Shown one piece after another: positions 23,342-32,621 of a DNA stretch of 40,329 nucleotides (position 1 is the first letter of the stretch; the number at the start of each line of letters is the position of its first letter). The notes below the pieces were generated by a model, which did no database searches, was not told the DNA's origin, and saw nothing but the letters and a program-made list of their open reading frames with translations. The DNA lies in the IMG/VR virus record IMGVR_UViG_3300045988_055356; one strand, 5' to 3'. The DNA comes from a virus. Both the position numbers and the translations under genes were made by a program.

Positions 23342-25043
23342 AATCTCTAAATTTATTGGTTATAATTTCAATTTTCTGTTTAAAAGGAATGTTACTTCCA
23401 AACTCAATGATATTAGTGTTTTCTCGTTCGAATCTGCGGACAAAGTTAGCAAAATTCAATTTAACTTTCAAATCATCTTCCGAAATTAAATTCTTAGAGT
23501 ACAAATCTAACACTTCATTACGGCACCAATGTCTGTATGGCTCCAATTCCGCCAATACTAACATACGTTGTAATTGCGTCGGGTCATGTCTGTACTCCGT
23601 TTCGATAATCTGATTTTGCAGTGCGTCCAATTCCGCCTCGCTTGCTCCGTTATCCTTTGCAAGCTTGTATCTCTCACGTAATTTATTTACATCGTACAAA
23701 TAAAATTCCGTGCCGTAATTTATCTTTGCGGATATAAACATATTACCATATCGCAAACGGCAAACGGTTTCATCAACAAATTGCTGTGCCTCTTCAAATC
23801 CCTTTTTAACTCGGTTAAGAATTGTGCTTTGGCTCTCGAAATTCGCTTGTATTTGCTGCTCATTCAGCGCATCCCGTGTGGTTATCTCTTCATTGGTGCC
23901 GACAACTGACGTTATGATATTTGTCCGCAAACGCTCTTCCTCGGCAACATTGTAGTCCAAACTGCTACGGTCAACCGTTAACATCTGTATTGGGTTGCGC
24001 AAATCCGGCTGTTTATCGCCATCCGGTACGGGTATTTCAATGTATGTTCCGGCTCCGGCAATTCGCTTGTCCCCACACTTAGGACATGGAACCAATAATC
24101 CCGCTTGGTCAAACTTATAATGTCCTTCTTTGTCTTTCAAAAATCCGCCGTCGCAAAAATCGCCATTCTCGGCGTTAGTGAAATCGCAATTTTGTTCATA
24201 ACCGGAATAAATAGGGTACGACCCATACAAATCCAATATGCGCTTTGAAATATGATAAAACAAAAACCAATCCAAAGCCTCTAATTCATCAGTCAACGGC
24301 GACGCCTTGACATCGGGTTCGCATAAATTCAACGGTTCATTCCAAAAGAAACGTGCCGGACAATACCCCAAATCATGCGGCGCATCAATCAGTAATTCCT
24401 TAATATTGCCGCTCTTAGCCGCAAACACTCTATAACGTTCATCATCAATGACAACAATTATATCATCTTTTTGCTTAAAGATAATCCAATCCATGTTACC
24501 CGTTTTGTCATTCACTTCATAAGTAACGACTTGACTTATTGGCAACCAATAGAAATATGGCTCGGGATAATAGGTTGTTTGTTCCTTGGGCACATCAACA
24601 ATCAAAACGCTGTTTATTTCGGTTTTGAAGTATTCCCAACCCTTTGTCGACCAAACTTCGGGTTCATGCAATACATTTTGTCGGTAATACTCCCAATCAT
24701 CCCGTTGCTCACTATTCATGAATTGATAATTGAACGCCGGGTTGCGTCCGTCAAAAATGCGGCTTAGTTTATCAAAACAAACGCCCGTTACCTCGTTCGT
24801 ATTGACGGGGTAACGGAACATGGTTTTAAATAATTTGAGTTTGTCTGCGGGTAATATGTTAGATACAAAGGCCAAAAAATCGGTTATTGGCTGCATGACG
24901 TAAGGCGTCAACATTTTTTGAGCATGAAATCTTATGCGGCTTTGATGGCATAACGCTCTATCAATCGCCGTTTTCTTTTTCCGCTCCGTTATCGCCTTTT
25001 TTATCTGTATTATATCTAATCCCATTTTCTTTGTCAAATTCAA
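23319..25043 (-). CDS. Portal protein (by size and position).
   Basis: 574 aa, downstream of TerL. The start is uncertain, because the annotated start overlaps ORF 24961..25182 by 83 nt. Confidence 0.6.
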   Translation of the reverse strand: MNLTKKMGLDIIQIKKAITERKKKTAIDRALCHQSRIRFHAQKMLTPYVMQPITDFLAFVSNILPADKLKLFKTMFRYPVNTNEVTGVCFDKLSRIFDGRNPAFNYQFMNSEQRDDWEYYRQNVLHEPEVWSTKGWEYFKTEINSVLIVDVPKEQTTYYPEPYFYWLPISQVVTYEVNDKTGNMDWIIFKQKDDIIVVIDDERYRVFAAKSGNIKELLIDAPHDLGYCPARFFWNEPLNLCEPDVKASPLTDELEALDWFLFYHISKRILDLYGSYPIYSGYEQNCDFTNAENGDFCDGGFLKDKEGHYKFDQAGLLVPCPKCGDKRIAGAGTYIEIPVPDGDKQPDLRNPIQMLTVDRSSLDYNVAEEERLRTNIITSVVGTNEEITTRDALNEQQIQANFESQSTILNRVKKGFEEAQQFVDETVCRLRYGNMFISAKINYGTEFYLYDVNKLRERYKLAKDNGASEAELDALQNQIIETEYRHDPTQLQRMLVLAELEPYRHWCRNEVLDLYSKNLISEDDLKVKLNFANFVRRFERENTNIIEFGSNIPFKQKIEIITNKFRDYASENRN

Positions 25044-25182
25044 ATTTACTATTTTTGGGCAACTGCCATCCGCCGTTATTTTGCATCCTCAACAATCTTT
25101 CGGCGTGGCTAACTTCAAATTCACGTGTCGTGCCTAATGTCAGACATTCTAACAACACGGTTGTTTTCTTAGGCTTCGCCAT
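24961..25182 (-). CDS. Small hypothetical protein.
   Basis: 73-aa ORF with a 14-nt overlap with the upstream gene. It conflicts with the longest portal start. Confidence 0.35.
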   Translation of the reverse strand: MAKPKKTTVLLECLTLGTTREFEVSHAERLLRMQNNGGWQLPKNSKFEFDKENGIRYNTDKKGDNGAEKENGD

Positions 25183-25819
25183 TCTTCAAATCAGTTAGTG
25201 GGTTGAAATCCTCCGGTGCGACAATAGCCAAATCATCAGACCAATTCGGCAAGAACGACCATTGTATGGCGTTGCTGTCGGGTGCCTCATATCCGCCCAA
25301 TGTCTTGTCTCCAATGAAAAGGGAACGAATCGGTATCGGGTAATATGTCGTTTCTGTCTTCGTGTCTCTGATTGCGCCGATGTTTCCGTTTTCATCAAAC
25401 AGATATATGCCCAAATTCTGCGAATCACTTTCGCACTGCAATTCTTTCAATGATTTTATTATTGATTGGGGCATTTTTCGCATAACTCCGGTAAACGGCG
25501 TTGGCTCCCTACCGACAATCTCCTCTATACCGCCCAATGTCTCATTTCCGCCGCCAAATGTTCGTGCGGCTCCAGCCTCTGCCGTTGGTGCTTGTATGTA
25601 TGGAGACACAACAACCTTTGTGTCGTCACTTGCTGATAACAACGGCGTCCATGACGCTTTTTTCTCTATACCCGCATCAGTCGCAAACGAATTTTTCTGG
25701 GCCGCACTCTTGTAAAGACGCTGAAACGCTACTTTTTGAATCTGTCCGAAGCTCTCGGCACACATGAAGTTTGGAATGTTTGGCAACGCTGTTGCTGCCG
25801 GGCATTTACAAATAGCCAT
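25169..25819 (-). CDS. Putative abundant virion protein (possibly tail-tube-like) located between TerL and portal.
   Basis: 216-aa ORF preceded by a -7 box and the same stem-loop motif found upstream of the MCP gene. The sequence looks beta-rich. The family assignment is not secure. Confidence 0.5.
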   Translation of the reverse strand: MAICKCPAATALPNIPNFMCAESFGQIQKVAFQRLYKSAAQKNSFATDAGIEKKASWTPLLSASDDTKVVVSPYIQAPTAEAGAARTFGGGNETLGGIEEIVGREPTPFTGVMRKMPQSIIKSLKELQCESDSQNLGIYLFDENGNIGAIRDTKTETTYYPIPIRSLFIGDKTLGGYEAPDSNAIQWSFLPNWSDDLAIVAPEDFNPLTDLKNGEA

Positions 25820-25860
25820 AATCTAAAAATTTTTAACGTTAAAACTAAAAAATTAATTAT

Positions 25861-25883
25861 CTCCGGGCTGTCCCTTTGCCCTT
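25861..25883 (-). promoter_or_regulatory. Conserved stem-loop motif, copy B (GGGC-AAAGGGACA-GCCC), about 45 nt upstream of the ATG at 25819.
   Basis: See copy A at 21561-21580. Confidence 0.4.
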
Positions 25884-25890
25884 ACTTTTG

Positions 25891-25898
25891 CAAAGATA
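25891..25898 (-). promoter_or_regulatory. Isolated -7 box (TATCTTTG) upstream of the 216-aa gene.
   Basis: The plus strand reads caaagata. The nearest TTTG is only 9 nt upstream, so the -33 element is not canonical. Confidence 0.3.
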
Positions 25899-25930
25899 TA
25901 TTTTTTTCAAAATATCCGCAATTAAAAATG

Positions 25931-27487
25931 TTAATTTCGGCGTCTTATGCCCTTATGTACTGCATTATACGGCCTAATATCGCCATCCGCCAATTCTTTT
26001 TCATATATTCCGGTCAAACCGTCCTCCGGGTCGTCGTGCTCATTTGCTGAAAAATCACGCAAAAACCCGGTTACGTGTTCATATACCTTTGGAAAACGCT
26101 CCTGCCATCCTAACGGCATTATGATTTGTGCGTTTACACTTGCGGAATTGGTTATTATACGGCTTTCCTTGTTGGCTCCTTGGTAAAATGGTTCTGAAAT
26201 AGCCTTAATCTTTTTTCTTATCAACTTTTCAAATCCGGAACCGCCGTTATTACTTTCAATCCATGCTTTCTGCGTGCCGCATCTGTTAATCATGTCCGGT
26301 ACGGTAACGGCTGTTACATCTGTGTTTTCCTGCGTAAATACCATATCAGTAATTAGCGCATACAGAATAGGCTCAAATCGTTTCTTTTGTTCGTTCCATG
26401 CCTCATTGCCGGACTTGAAAATATCATAACACGCCGAAAACGTATAGTCATCGCCCTCGTCTGCCACGTCTGTATAATTGCCGCTACGTATATATGTGCC
26501 CCACTCTGATTTATCAACGTATGTTCTAAACGGGTTGCGATACAACCTACCCTCTGCGCTTCCGGGGTTTCCTTGATATAGACATTGAAATTGGATAGGG
26601 TCTAATGATCTTTGTAACTCCAATTTTTCCCGGCTGTGCCTTTTGTCCCATAAAGCCTCTCCGGGCTGCCTTGGATCGACCTCCGTAGGTTCTCCGGTTT
26701 TTAGTCCCTCGAAATTAATTCGTACCCATGCCCCGGCAGGAATATTCTTAACATCATCCCAACTCTTTATATCAATGACGGTTTCGCCGCTCTTTTCAAT
26801 ACGGCCTATCAAATCATCATCATGCCAACGTGTAAAAACAATTAATTCTTGCGAATCATTGTGTAATCGGGTACGTACCACGGTTGTGTACCATTTCCAT
26901 GCTGCATTTCGTACAATCGGGCTGTTACCCTCGGCGTAATCCTTGTAAACGTCGTCTAATATTGAAACATCAACCGTCTTTGATGTCAGCGAACCGCCAC
27001 GACCAACGACACGTAACGAACCCTTATGTCCGACAATTTCTATTACATCAGAATTTCGTAAGTATGTATTAGCCATTGTTACAACGTTAGACCCATTTAG
27101 ATATATTTCCGGAAATATCTCCCGATAACTCGCCGTGTCAATTATCCTTTGAACGTCTCTGTTAAAATCTCGTGCAATTGTGGCCGCATACGAACCGATA
27201 CATACTTTTGTATCGGGATTTAATCCTAACATAAATGCGGGCAGGCTCCTACTTGAACCCTCACTCTTGCCATGCTGCGGCGGCATTTGCACAATCATTT
27301 TTCGTATGATACCATGCGCAAACATATCTAACAATGTATAATATACTTGATGGAATGGTTCTAATACTAAATCCGGTTTCATATACCGGGCAAAATTTAT
27401 AAGACGCCGACGTGCTGCACTTCTCACTATCTCGCCCGGATTATTCTTTATTGCGGCATACATTTTTAGCAATTCTGCGTTATTCAT
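25931..27487 (-). CDS. terL: Terminase large subunit.
   Basis: Walker A-like MPPQHGKSE, Walker B VSILDDVYKD and the coupling motif FTRWHDDDL, in the order typical of Terminase_6-type TerL. 518 aa. Confidence 0.9.
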   Translation of the reverse strand: MNNAELLKMYAAIKNNPGEIVRSAARRRLINFARYMKPDLVLEPFHQVYYTLLDMFAHGIIRKMIVQMPPQHGKSEGSSRSLPAFMLGLNPDTKVCIGSYAATIARDFNRDVQRIIDTASYREIFPEIYLNGSNVVTMANTYLRNSDVIEIVGHKGSLRVVGRGGSLTSKTVDVSILDDVYKDYAEGNSPIVRNAAWKWYTTVVRTRLHNDSQELIVFTRWHDDDLIGRIEKSGETVIDIKSWDDVKNIPAGAWVRINFEGLKTGEPTEVDPRQPGEALWDKRHSREKLELQRSLDPIQFQCLYQGNPGSAEGRLYRNPFRTYVDKSEWGTYIRSGNYTDVADEGDDYTFSACYDIFKSGNEAWNEQKKRFEPILYALITDMVFTQENTDVTAVTVPDMINRCGTQKAWIESNNGGSGFEKLIRKKIKAISEPFYQGANKESRIITNSASVNAQIIMPLGWQERFPKVYEHVTGFLRDFSANEHDDPEDGLTGIYEKELADGDIRPYNAVHKGIRRRN

Positions 27488-27531
27488 CTTTTAATCCTCC
27501 GTCAGTTATTAAGTATTATTTAAATACTGAA

Positions 27532-27729
27532 TTATTTTTTACCGACATAATGCGAACATGCTATGTGCCCCCTCACAATGAAATATTTTTCATGTGGGCA
27601 TGTCAGACATATAGGTTTGCCGTTCAAATCCAAATGTCGATGTAAATGTGTTACCCATTCGGCCAACGCACAATTATCACATATCAGCCTTTCGGGTTCC
27701 TTTTTATTTGCTTTCTTGCGTGCTGCCAT
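27532..27729 (-). CDS. Small zinc-binding protein between TerS and TerL.
   Basis: 65 aa containing CDNC...CLTCPH...H..C..H. It overlaps the TerS 3' end by 26 nt. Confidence 0.4.
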   Translation of the reverse strand: MAARKKANKKEPERLICDNCALAEWVTHLHRHLDLNGKPICLTCPHEKYFIVRGHIACSHYVGKK

Positions 27730-28399
27730 TTGTGCCCTCCTTTTCTGCTAACACTTTTTGATATTCCGCTGACTGCAATTTATCGGCTACGGCAAACAAC
27801 AAATCATCCGGTATTGCACTAACATCATACTGCGGCGCATCACTTCTTACACTCTCTTTTAATCCGGGAATATCAACCTTAATTGGCGCATCAAATCCCA
27901 ACATCTTTGCACGGCGTTGTTGCACATTCAGCAACAAATCTAAATAACGGGGATTACCGGACGAAGTTTCAACCATTTTTTCCTCATAACCGTAATATTC
28001 CGGGTTGTCTTTGTCCTCTAACACTTTGCGTAGTTTGGCATTTTGTCGGTTTTTCTCTCTCAACTTGCTTTTTTTTGAACGCTCCCACGCTTCCCACAAC
28101 TCAACCTCCATTTTATCTAATTTGCGCAATTCTTGCGTGACGTAATCGTCGATATTTTCCAAACGCTCACGTTTCCACTCTATCAACAAATGTTGCATGT
28201 CCCAATATACCATTTGTTTTGTTATGGTATATCCGACACCACGCCGGGCGTTTTCCTCATTCAATCGCTCTGAAATCTCTTTATATGTGTAACCACGCAA
28301 AAACAGATTTGAACAAAACGCCAAATCAAATTCCCTTTGATCTTTTGTTCTCTTGCACATTTTCGGGCGTCCGCCCCTTTGTCTTTTACTCTCTTCCAT
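27704..28399 (-). CDS. Terminase small subunit (putative).
   Basis: 231 aa immediately upstream of TerL, with a basic N-terminus, an HTH-like segment (YTYKEISERLNEENARRGVGYTITKQMV) and then a coiled-coil-like region. Confidence 0.55.
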   Translation of the reverse strand: MEESKRQRGGRPKMCKRTKDQREFDLAFCSNLFLRGYTYKEISERLNEENARRGVGYTITKQMVYWDMQHLLIEWKRERLENIDDYVTQELRKLDKMEVELWEAWERSKKSKLREKNRQNAKLRKVLEDKDNPEYYGYEEKMVETSSGNPRYLDLLLNVQQRRAKMLGFDAPIKVDIPGLKESVRSDAPQYDVSAIPDDLLFAVADKLQSAEYQKVLAEKEGTNGSTQESK

Positions 28400-28599
28400 T
28401 TTTTAAACCTTTTTATAACGGCAAATTATATACACTTGCTTTCCTCTCAAACGCTGCTTTCCCTTTGCTTGTTATTTTCGGGGAATTTTCGTTTTAAGCG
28501 GGTTTTGTTTATTCCTTGATAACTTTATCGTCTTTTATATTTTCGTAGCCCTACGGGGCTAAATTAGGCCTCATTCGGGTTTCTTTACTATACGGCAAA

Positions 28600-28621
28600 G
28601 CCCCGGTTATTGTTCCGGGGC
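28600..28621 (-). terminator. 7-bp GC stem-loop overlapping the stop codon of CDS 28607..28924. Possible early/late boundary terminator.
   Basis: gccccgg-ttattgtt-ccggggc. On the minus strand it is followed only by TTTG. A second hairpin (agccc-tacg-gggct) lies near 28546-28561. Confidence 0.35.
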
Positions 28622-28924
28622 GTTTTTAACCTTGTTTATCGGTTTGCGGTCGAACCAAAAGATGTTGAAATAGATGTTTGTCATATTTCCGTTCTTGCCG
28701 ACCTTTTGAACGTAGTAATTATATCGTCCGTCATCCGTCGGGGTAATGTCTTGTATAACTCCGACTTTGCAGTCATGCTTTATTTTGTCCCCAATTTTAA
28801 ACGGGCAACTCTCACGGATATACTCTGCGTTGATTTCCTCCAATTTTTGGTTGTACCTAATCAATGCATCGTTTCTTTTGTTGTCAATCTTTTTTCGTTT
28901 TTTCAAATATGTTTTCTTATCCAT
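28607..28924 (-). CDS. Hypothetical protein.
   Basis: 105-aa ORF in a tightly packed array. Confidence 0.5.
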   Translation of the reverse strand: MDKKTYLKKRKKIDNKRNDALIRYNQKLEEINAEYIRESCPFKIGDKIKHDCKVGVIQDITPTDDGRYNYYVQKVGKNGNMTNIYFNIFWFDRKPINKVKNAPEQ

Positions 28925-28928
28925 AACT

Positions 28929-29171
28929 TTATCTTTCTGTTGGTAAATCTACGGTTAACAATACGGGTTGCAATGGTTGGTTAAATGTCAGCATTGACAA
29001 ATGTATTGTTCCGGTTTCTTTTACTCTCTCCAATTCCTCCGGGGACAACTGCCATTTGGTAATTATAAGCCCCTGCGGGTCATTCGGGATTTTCATCGCG
29101 GGTAACGGCATATATTCCAGTTGGTCTTTTGCAAAGACTACATTCACGCCGGGAAATTCAATTGGTTTCAT
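28929..29171 (-). CDS. Hypothetical protein.
   Basis: 80-aa ORF in a tightly packed array. Confidence 0.5.
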   Translation of the reverse strand: MKPIEFPGVNVVFAKDQLEYMPLPAMKIPNDPQGLIITKWQLSPEELERVKETGTIHLSMLTFNQPLQPVLLTVDLPTER

Positions 29172-29376
29172 TTTTCTTTTCCTTTCTTTTTAAAACTACT
29201 GCATCCCATTTTTCAAAAATATAGATTACAACATCTACAATTAATGCAACCCACGACAAAAGACTAAGCCCTAATATTGTAAATACGTCGCATAGTTTTA
29301 TATCTGAAAATTCTCTTTTTTGTGTATCATAGCAATATATGACAATACTAAGCCCACTAAATAAACAATTATCCAA
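29158..29376 (-). CDS. Small membrane protein.
   Basis: 72 aa with two hydrophobic helices. Confidence 0.45.
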   Translation of the reverse strand: MDNCLFSGLSIVIYCYDTQKREFSDIKLCDVFTILGLSLLSWVALIVDVVIYIFEKWDAVVLKRKEKKNETN

Positions 29377-29387
29377 ATCATTTGCTT

Positions 29388-30380
29388 TTATCCTTTCTGC
29401 TCATTGCAAAATCCGTCACCCTCAATGTTCTCATTTTCAAAGTTACTGCAATTTCCACAAACCGGGCTTTCCGGCTCTTCGTGCGGGTGTCTGCGCATGA
29501 AATCCGGGTTTTTCTCTCTACCCGTTATTTTCTTGTATGCCATTTCCTGCAATTCTCTTTGGGAATATCCAAATAACGCCGCAATATGGAATAACACTGC
29601 GTTCAAATCTGCCAACTCGTCTATAATTTCAGACGTGTTTTCCGGCATTATTCCATTTACCGACATGTCATCAGCAGCAACAAACAATTCGTGGTATTCC
29701 TCTGTAAGTTTTGAAAATCTACGTTGAAAGTTCTTTCCAAAAAGTTTGTTCATTTTCTCAAACGATCTTTTTTCGGCGAAATCTAAAACTGCTGCGTTGT
29801 CGTCCTTTTCCTCAAAGTTTGCTATAAATGTCGGCGCATCCATTTTTCCAAACTTTCCTTCCGGTGTCAATACGATATAATATCTTTCCGGGACATCTAA
29901 CATTAAGCCATTTTCGGTTGGGAATGAATAAACAGCTACGCCGCCCGGCTTTACGGGAATCCTCATAATTCCTCCCCCGGTAAACTCATTCAGTCTTTCA
30001 AAATTATCACGTGATACCGGAATAGCTCGCACTTCCATTAATTTACGGCAATACAAATATCCGGCATTTTCGTTTGGCTCTTTCAACTCTGAACGTATTT
30101 CGTTTGGCAAATTCTCCGCCCCTTTTTCGTATTCGACATAAAATGTTGAGCCATTCAACAATGCATGTTCTTTAATTAATCTTATGTCTTTTATTCTTTT
30201 TCCATATCTACCTTTTACGGCATATATTGCGGCCTCAATAATCTTTTCATCTTTATGCGGGGCGTACATTTTAATTGTAAAAAAATTGTCAGCCTCTTTA
30301 ACTTCCAGTTCTGAATCCGTTATGCTTTTAATCATCAAAAAGACTTCCGCATCAAACGGGGTTAATCTACTTTCACTCAT
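29388..30380 (-). CDS. Fusion protein: unknown N-terminal ~200 aa domain, a MazG-like all-alpha NTP pyrophosphohydrolase domain, and a Cys-rich tail.
   Basis: KLTEEYHELFVA...IIDELADLNAVLFHIAALFGYSQRELQEMAYKKITGR matches the EExxE...ExxD MazG helix pattern. The C-terminus contains CGNCSNF...GFC. Confidence 0.6.
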   Translation of the reverse strand: MSESRLTPFDAEVFLMIKSITDSELEVKEADNFFTIKMYAPHKDEKIIEAAIYAVKGRYGKRIKDIRLIKEHALLNGSTFYVEYEKGAENLPNEIRSELKEPNENAGYLYCRKLMEVRAIPVSRDNFERLNEFTGGGIMRIPVKPGGVAVYSFPTENGLMLDVPERYYIVLTPEGKFGKMDAPTFIANFEEKDDNAAVLDFAEKRSFEKMNKLFGKNFQRRFSKLTEEYHELFVAADDMSVNGIMPENTSEIIDELADLNAVLFHIAALFGYSQRELQEMAYKKITGREKNPDFMRRHPHEEPESPVCGNCSNFENENIEGDGFCNEQKG

Positions 30381-30651
30381 CGCTCTTGGTTTTTAAATTA
30401 TACAATTTTCTGAAATAAATTCTTTTATTATCAGTCCGTCCGTATTCATCGCAAAATTTTGAACAATCCATTCCATCCATTATGCAAATATTGCAACGCA
30501 ACAAAGGAAATGGACATCTATTTTTACTCAACAATATTTCCGCTTTTTCATTCCATCTCTCGGCAACTATTACCATCCCCCGGTAAACGGAACGTTCGCC
30601 GGGGTTGTATTGTTTTTCCGGGTCAAACGGTTGCGGTTTCTTGGTTCTCAT
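30373..30651 (-). CDS. Cys-rich small protein.
   Basis: 92 aa with multiple cysteines (CPFPLLRCNICIMDGMDCSKFC). Confidence 0.45.
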   Translation of the reverse strand: MRTKKPQPFDPEKQYNPGERSVYRGMVIVAERWNEKAEILLSKNRCPFPLLRCNICIMDGMDCSKFCDEYGRTDNKRIYFRKLYNLKTKSDE

Positions 30652-30835
30652 TGCCTAACTGAATATTGAAATCATCAAATAGCTTTTTCAAATTCTCGTC
30701 AGCTCCGGCCACTGATATACGGACATTCAATCCGCCAACAACGGCCAAATCAGTAATTCTACAATCGTAATTTCCTGCGTTTTCCTGCAATTTTACGGCT
30801 GTTTTGCCGGGCAAGATCTTAGTAATTTCTTTCAT
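30623..30835 (-). CDS. Hypothetical protein.
   Basis: 70-aa ORF. Confidence 0.4.
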   Translation of the reverse strand: MKEITKILPGKTAVKLQENAGNYDCRITDLAVVGGLNVRISVAGADENLKKLFDDFNIQLGNENQETATV

Positions 30836-31067
30836 TAATGATTTTCTTTAACGTGCTTACAAATATACTACTTTTTTTCTTAATCCATATAAGGCGCAAA
30901 CCAATAGACATGAAAAATAATTTCAATTCAAAATCAACATAAGCATCATTGCCATTTACACCCTCAACCACCAATCCGGGCAATAGAAATATTTGTCTGA
31001 ATTTCCAATTGTTCTGCAAATATATAAATGCGCCGATACGCCAAACGTGGAATCCTATTTTTTTCAT
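30819..31067 (-). CDS. Small hydrophobic protein.
   Basis: 82-aa ORF. Its ATG forms an ATGA overlap with the stop of the ASCH gene. Confidence 0.4.
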   Translation of the reverse strand: MKKIGFHVWRIGAFIYLQNNWKFRQIFLLPGLVVEGVNGNDAYVDFELKLFFMSIGLRLIWIKKKSSIFVSTLKKIINERNY

Positions 31068-31570
31068 TTTATCTGTTTTTTAATCTGCAACCAACTTTTT
31101 TTATCAATTACCATTTTTCGGGGATATTGCATTATTTCGCCCTTTGTGTAAACTAAATTATAAATACCTAATTGCCCTTTAATTGGCATTTCTACAACTC
31201 TACGTGGGTTGCGCATCATCCATCCGAAACCCTTTGTTGTTTTCGCCCTCTTTTCCTTTGGGATCCGGGTGTTTTCCCAATCCTCCGGCGTGAACTCTTT
31301 TATAGGCTTTACGTCGTACAATTCAACCAATCCCAACGTAACGCCGCTTTCCATTCCCGGATAAACCGGGGACGCTGCGGAACATATCAGTACGTCGCCA
31401 CGATATGACGTGTTTTTGCTCCGAACTTCAATTGATTTCTGCCCGTAGATAACGCCGCTTTCGTCCTTGTATGCCTCCGTTACCAAATCATTTGCATAAG
31501 GCTGTTTAACGGTTAATGCGCGCCAACGGTCGTGTTTTTCCGGGTCATAATCTTTATTCATGTACTGCAT
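31064..31570 (-). CDS. ASCH (PUA-like) domain protein.
   Basis: ALTVKQPYANDLVTE...GQKSIEVRSKNTSYRGDVLICSA fits the ASCH N-terminal beta-barrel pattern (xxSIxQPWAxLIxxGxKxIExRxWxTxYRGxLLIHA). Confidence 0.6.
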   Translation of the reverse strand: MQYMNKDYDPEKHDRWRALTVKQPYANDLVTEAYKDESGVIYGQKSIEVRSKNTSYRGDVLICSAASPVYPGMESGVTLGLVELYDVKPIKEFTPEDWENTRIPKEKRAKTTKGFGWMMRNPRRVVEMPIKGQLGIYNLVYTKGEIMQYPRKMVIDKKSWLQIKKQIK

Positions 31571-31578
31571 AATTCATT

Positions 31579-31746
31579 TTATTTTTGGCGGGTGTCATTT
31601 ATTGCAAATCCAATAGGTCTATTTGGTCGTGGCTGCTGTATTTTTGGCTGCACAAACTCACATACTGCTATAACCTTATTACCTTTTGTCCGGGTTCCAA
31701 TAAGACGGGCACCCGCCGGAATTATAATTTCAATTTCAAAACTCAT
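31579..31746 (-). CDS. Small hypothetical protein.
   Basis: I chose the start at ATG 31746 (MSFEIEIIIP), 2 nt after the SSB stop. The ORF-track start at 31815 would overlap ssb by 68 nt. Confidence 0.4.
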   Translation of the reverse strand: MSFEIEIIIPAGARLIGTRTKGNKVIAVCEFVQPKIQQPRPNRPIGFAINDTRQK

Positions 31747-31747
31747 T

Positions 31748-32152
31748 TTAGAATGGTAAATCATCAGCTGGGTTTGGCGTTGGTGCCGTTTGTCTTGTCG
31801 CGTTCTTTTCTCCATCTTTTTGCGGCGTCAGCATTTCCATGTCATAACCGTATACCTCGGTAATATAACGTTTAACCCCGTTGCTGTCCTCATAACCTCT
31901 TGTTCTCAACTCACCCTCAATATATAGTTTGTCGCCTTTTTTGACATATTGCTCTGCAACTTTGGCCAATCCATTTGACAATACGATATTATGCCATTCG
32001 GTGCGTTCCGGAACTTCCTTTCCATCTCTTGTCTTATAGCCCTTTTTTGATGTTGCTAACGAAAATTGAGCAACGGCTCCGCCATTTTCAAATGTCTTTA
32101 TATCGGGGTCTTTGCCAACATGTCCCATTAAAATAACTTTGTTTACGCTCAT
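31748..32152 (-). CDS. ssb: Single-stranded DNA-binding protein.
   Basis: MSVNKVILMGHVGKDPD...TEWHNIV...GDKLYIEGELRTR is an OB-fold SSB signature, and the protein ends in the acidic tip DDLPF. Confidence 0.95.
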   Translation of the reverse strand: MSVNKVILMGHVGKDPDIKTFENGGAVAQFSLATSKKGYKTRDGKEVPERTEWHNIVLSNGLAKVAEQYVKKGDKLYIEGELRTRGYEDSNGVKRYITEVYGYDMEMLTPQKDGEKNATRQTAPTPNPADDLPF

Positions 32153-32274
32153 AATGATAATGATTTAAAAATCCATGATATTATACAAAACAACGTCCAT
32201 ATATAAGACACAACCGTAAATGTCAAGAACGTAAAGAAAACAATTTTATATCCGGTTTTAGATTTTATTTTCAT
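32149..32274 (-). CDS. Possible 41-aa transmembrane micro-protein (MKIKSKTGYKIVFFTFLTFTVVSYIWTLFCIISWIFKSLSL).
   Basis: My own translation. It fills the gap exactly, with a TGATG overlap upstream and an ATGA overlap with the ssb start. Confidence 0.4.
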   Translation of the reverse strand: MKIKSKTGYKIVFFTFLTFTVVSYIWTLFCIISWIFKSLSL

Positions 32275-32621
32275 CACTTAAATTTTACGCAATCCAACAA
32301 ATAAGTATTTTTCAATTCAGACCATCCAGCCGCATGATTTATTGCTTTCCTGTCGTCGTCATACACAAACTCACAAACCCAACCGCCGACGCTTGACAGC
32401 TCCGCCAATCGCACTAATTTTCCTACTAAATACGAACGCAATTTGTAATAACTTGAATTTTCGCCAACAAATAACACACGTCTTTCAGAATTTATTTCGG
32501 GCGATTTTTCGATTTGCGGGCGTTTCCCACGTTCCGGATACATTTGTACTCTCTTATAATCTCTTTTGATTGAACGGCGTGAAATAGCCCCGTAATCGGG
32601 TGTTTTCTGTTTTGTCCTCAT
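32274..32621 (-). CDS. Hypothetical protein.
   Basis: 115-aa ORF with a 4-nt overlap with the upstream gene. Confidence 0.5.
   Translation of the reverse strand: MRTKQKTPDYGAISRRSIKRDYKRVQMYPERGKRPQIEKSPEINSERRVLFVGENSSYYKLRSYLVGKLVRLAELSSVGGWVCEFVYDDDRKAINHAAGWSELKNTYLLDCVKFK

Noticed and set aside
31017-31045. Additional TAnnTTTG matches inside coding regions, for example 31017-31024 and 29214-29221.
   Set aside because: They lie within ORFs, with a -33 element that is off-spacing (17 nt) or absent. In an AT-rich genome such 6-of-8-defined motifs occur by chance, so I report only the intergenic, correctly spaced sites.
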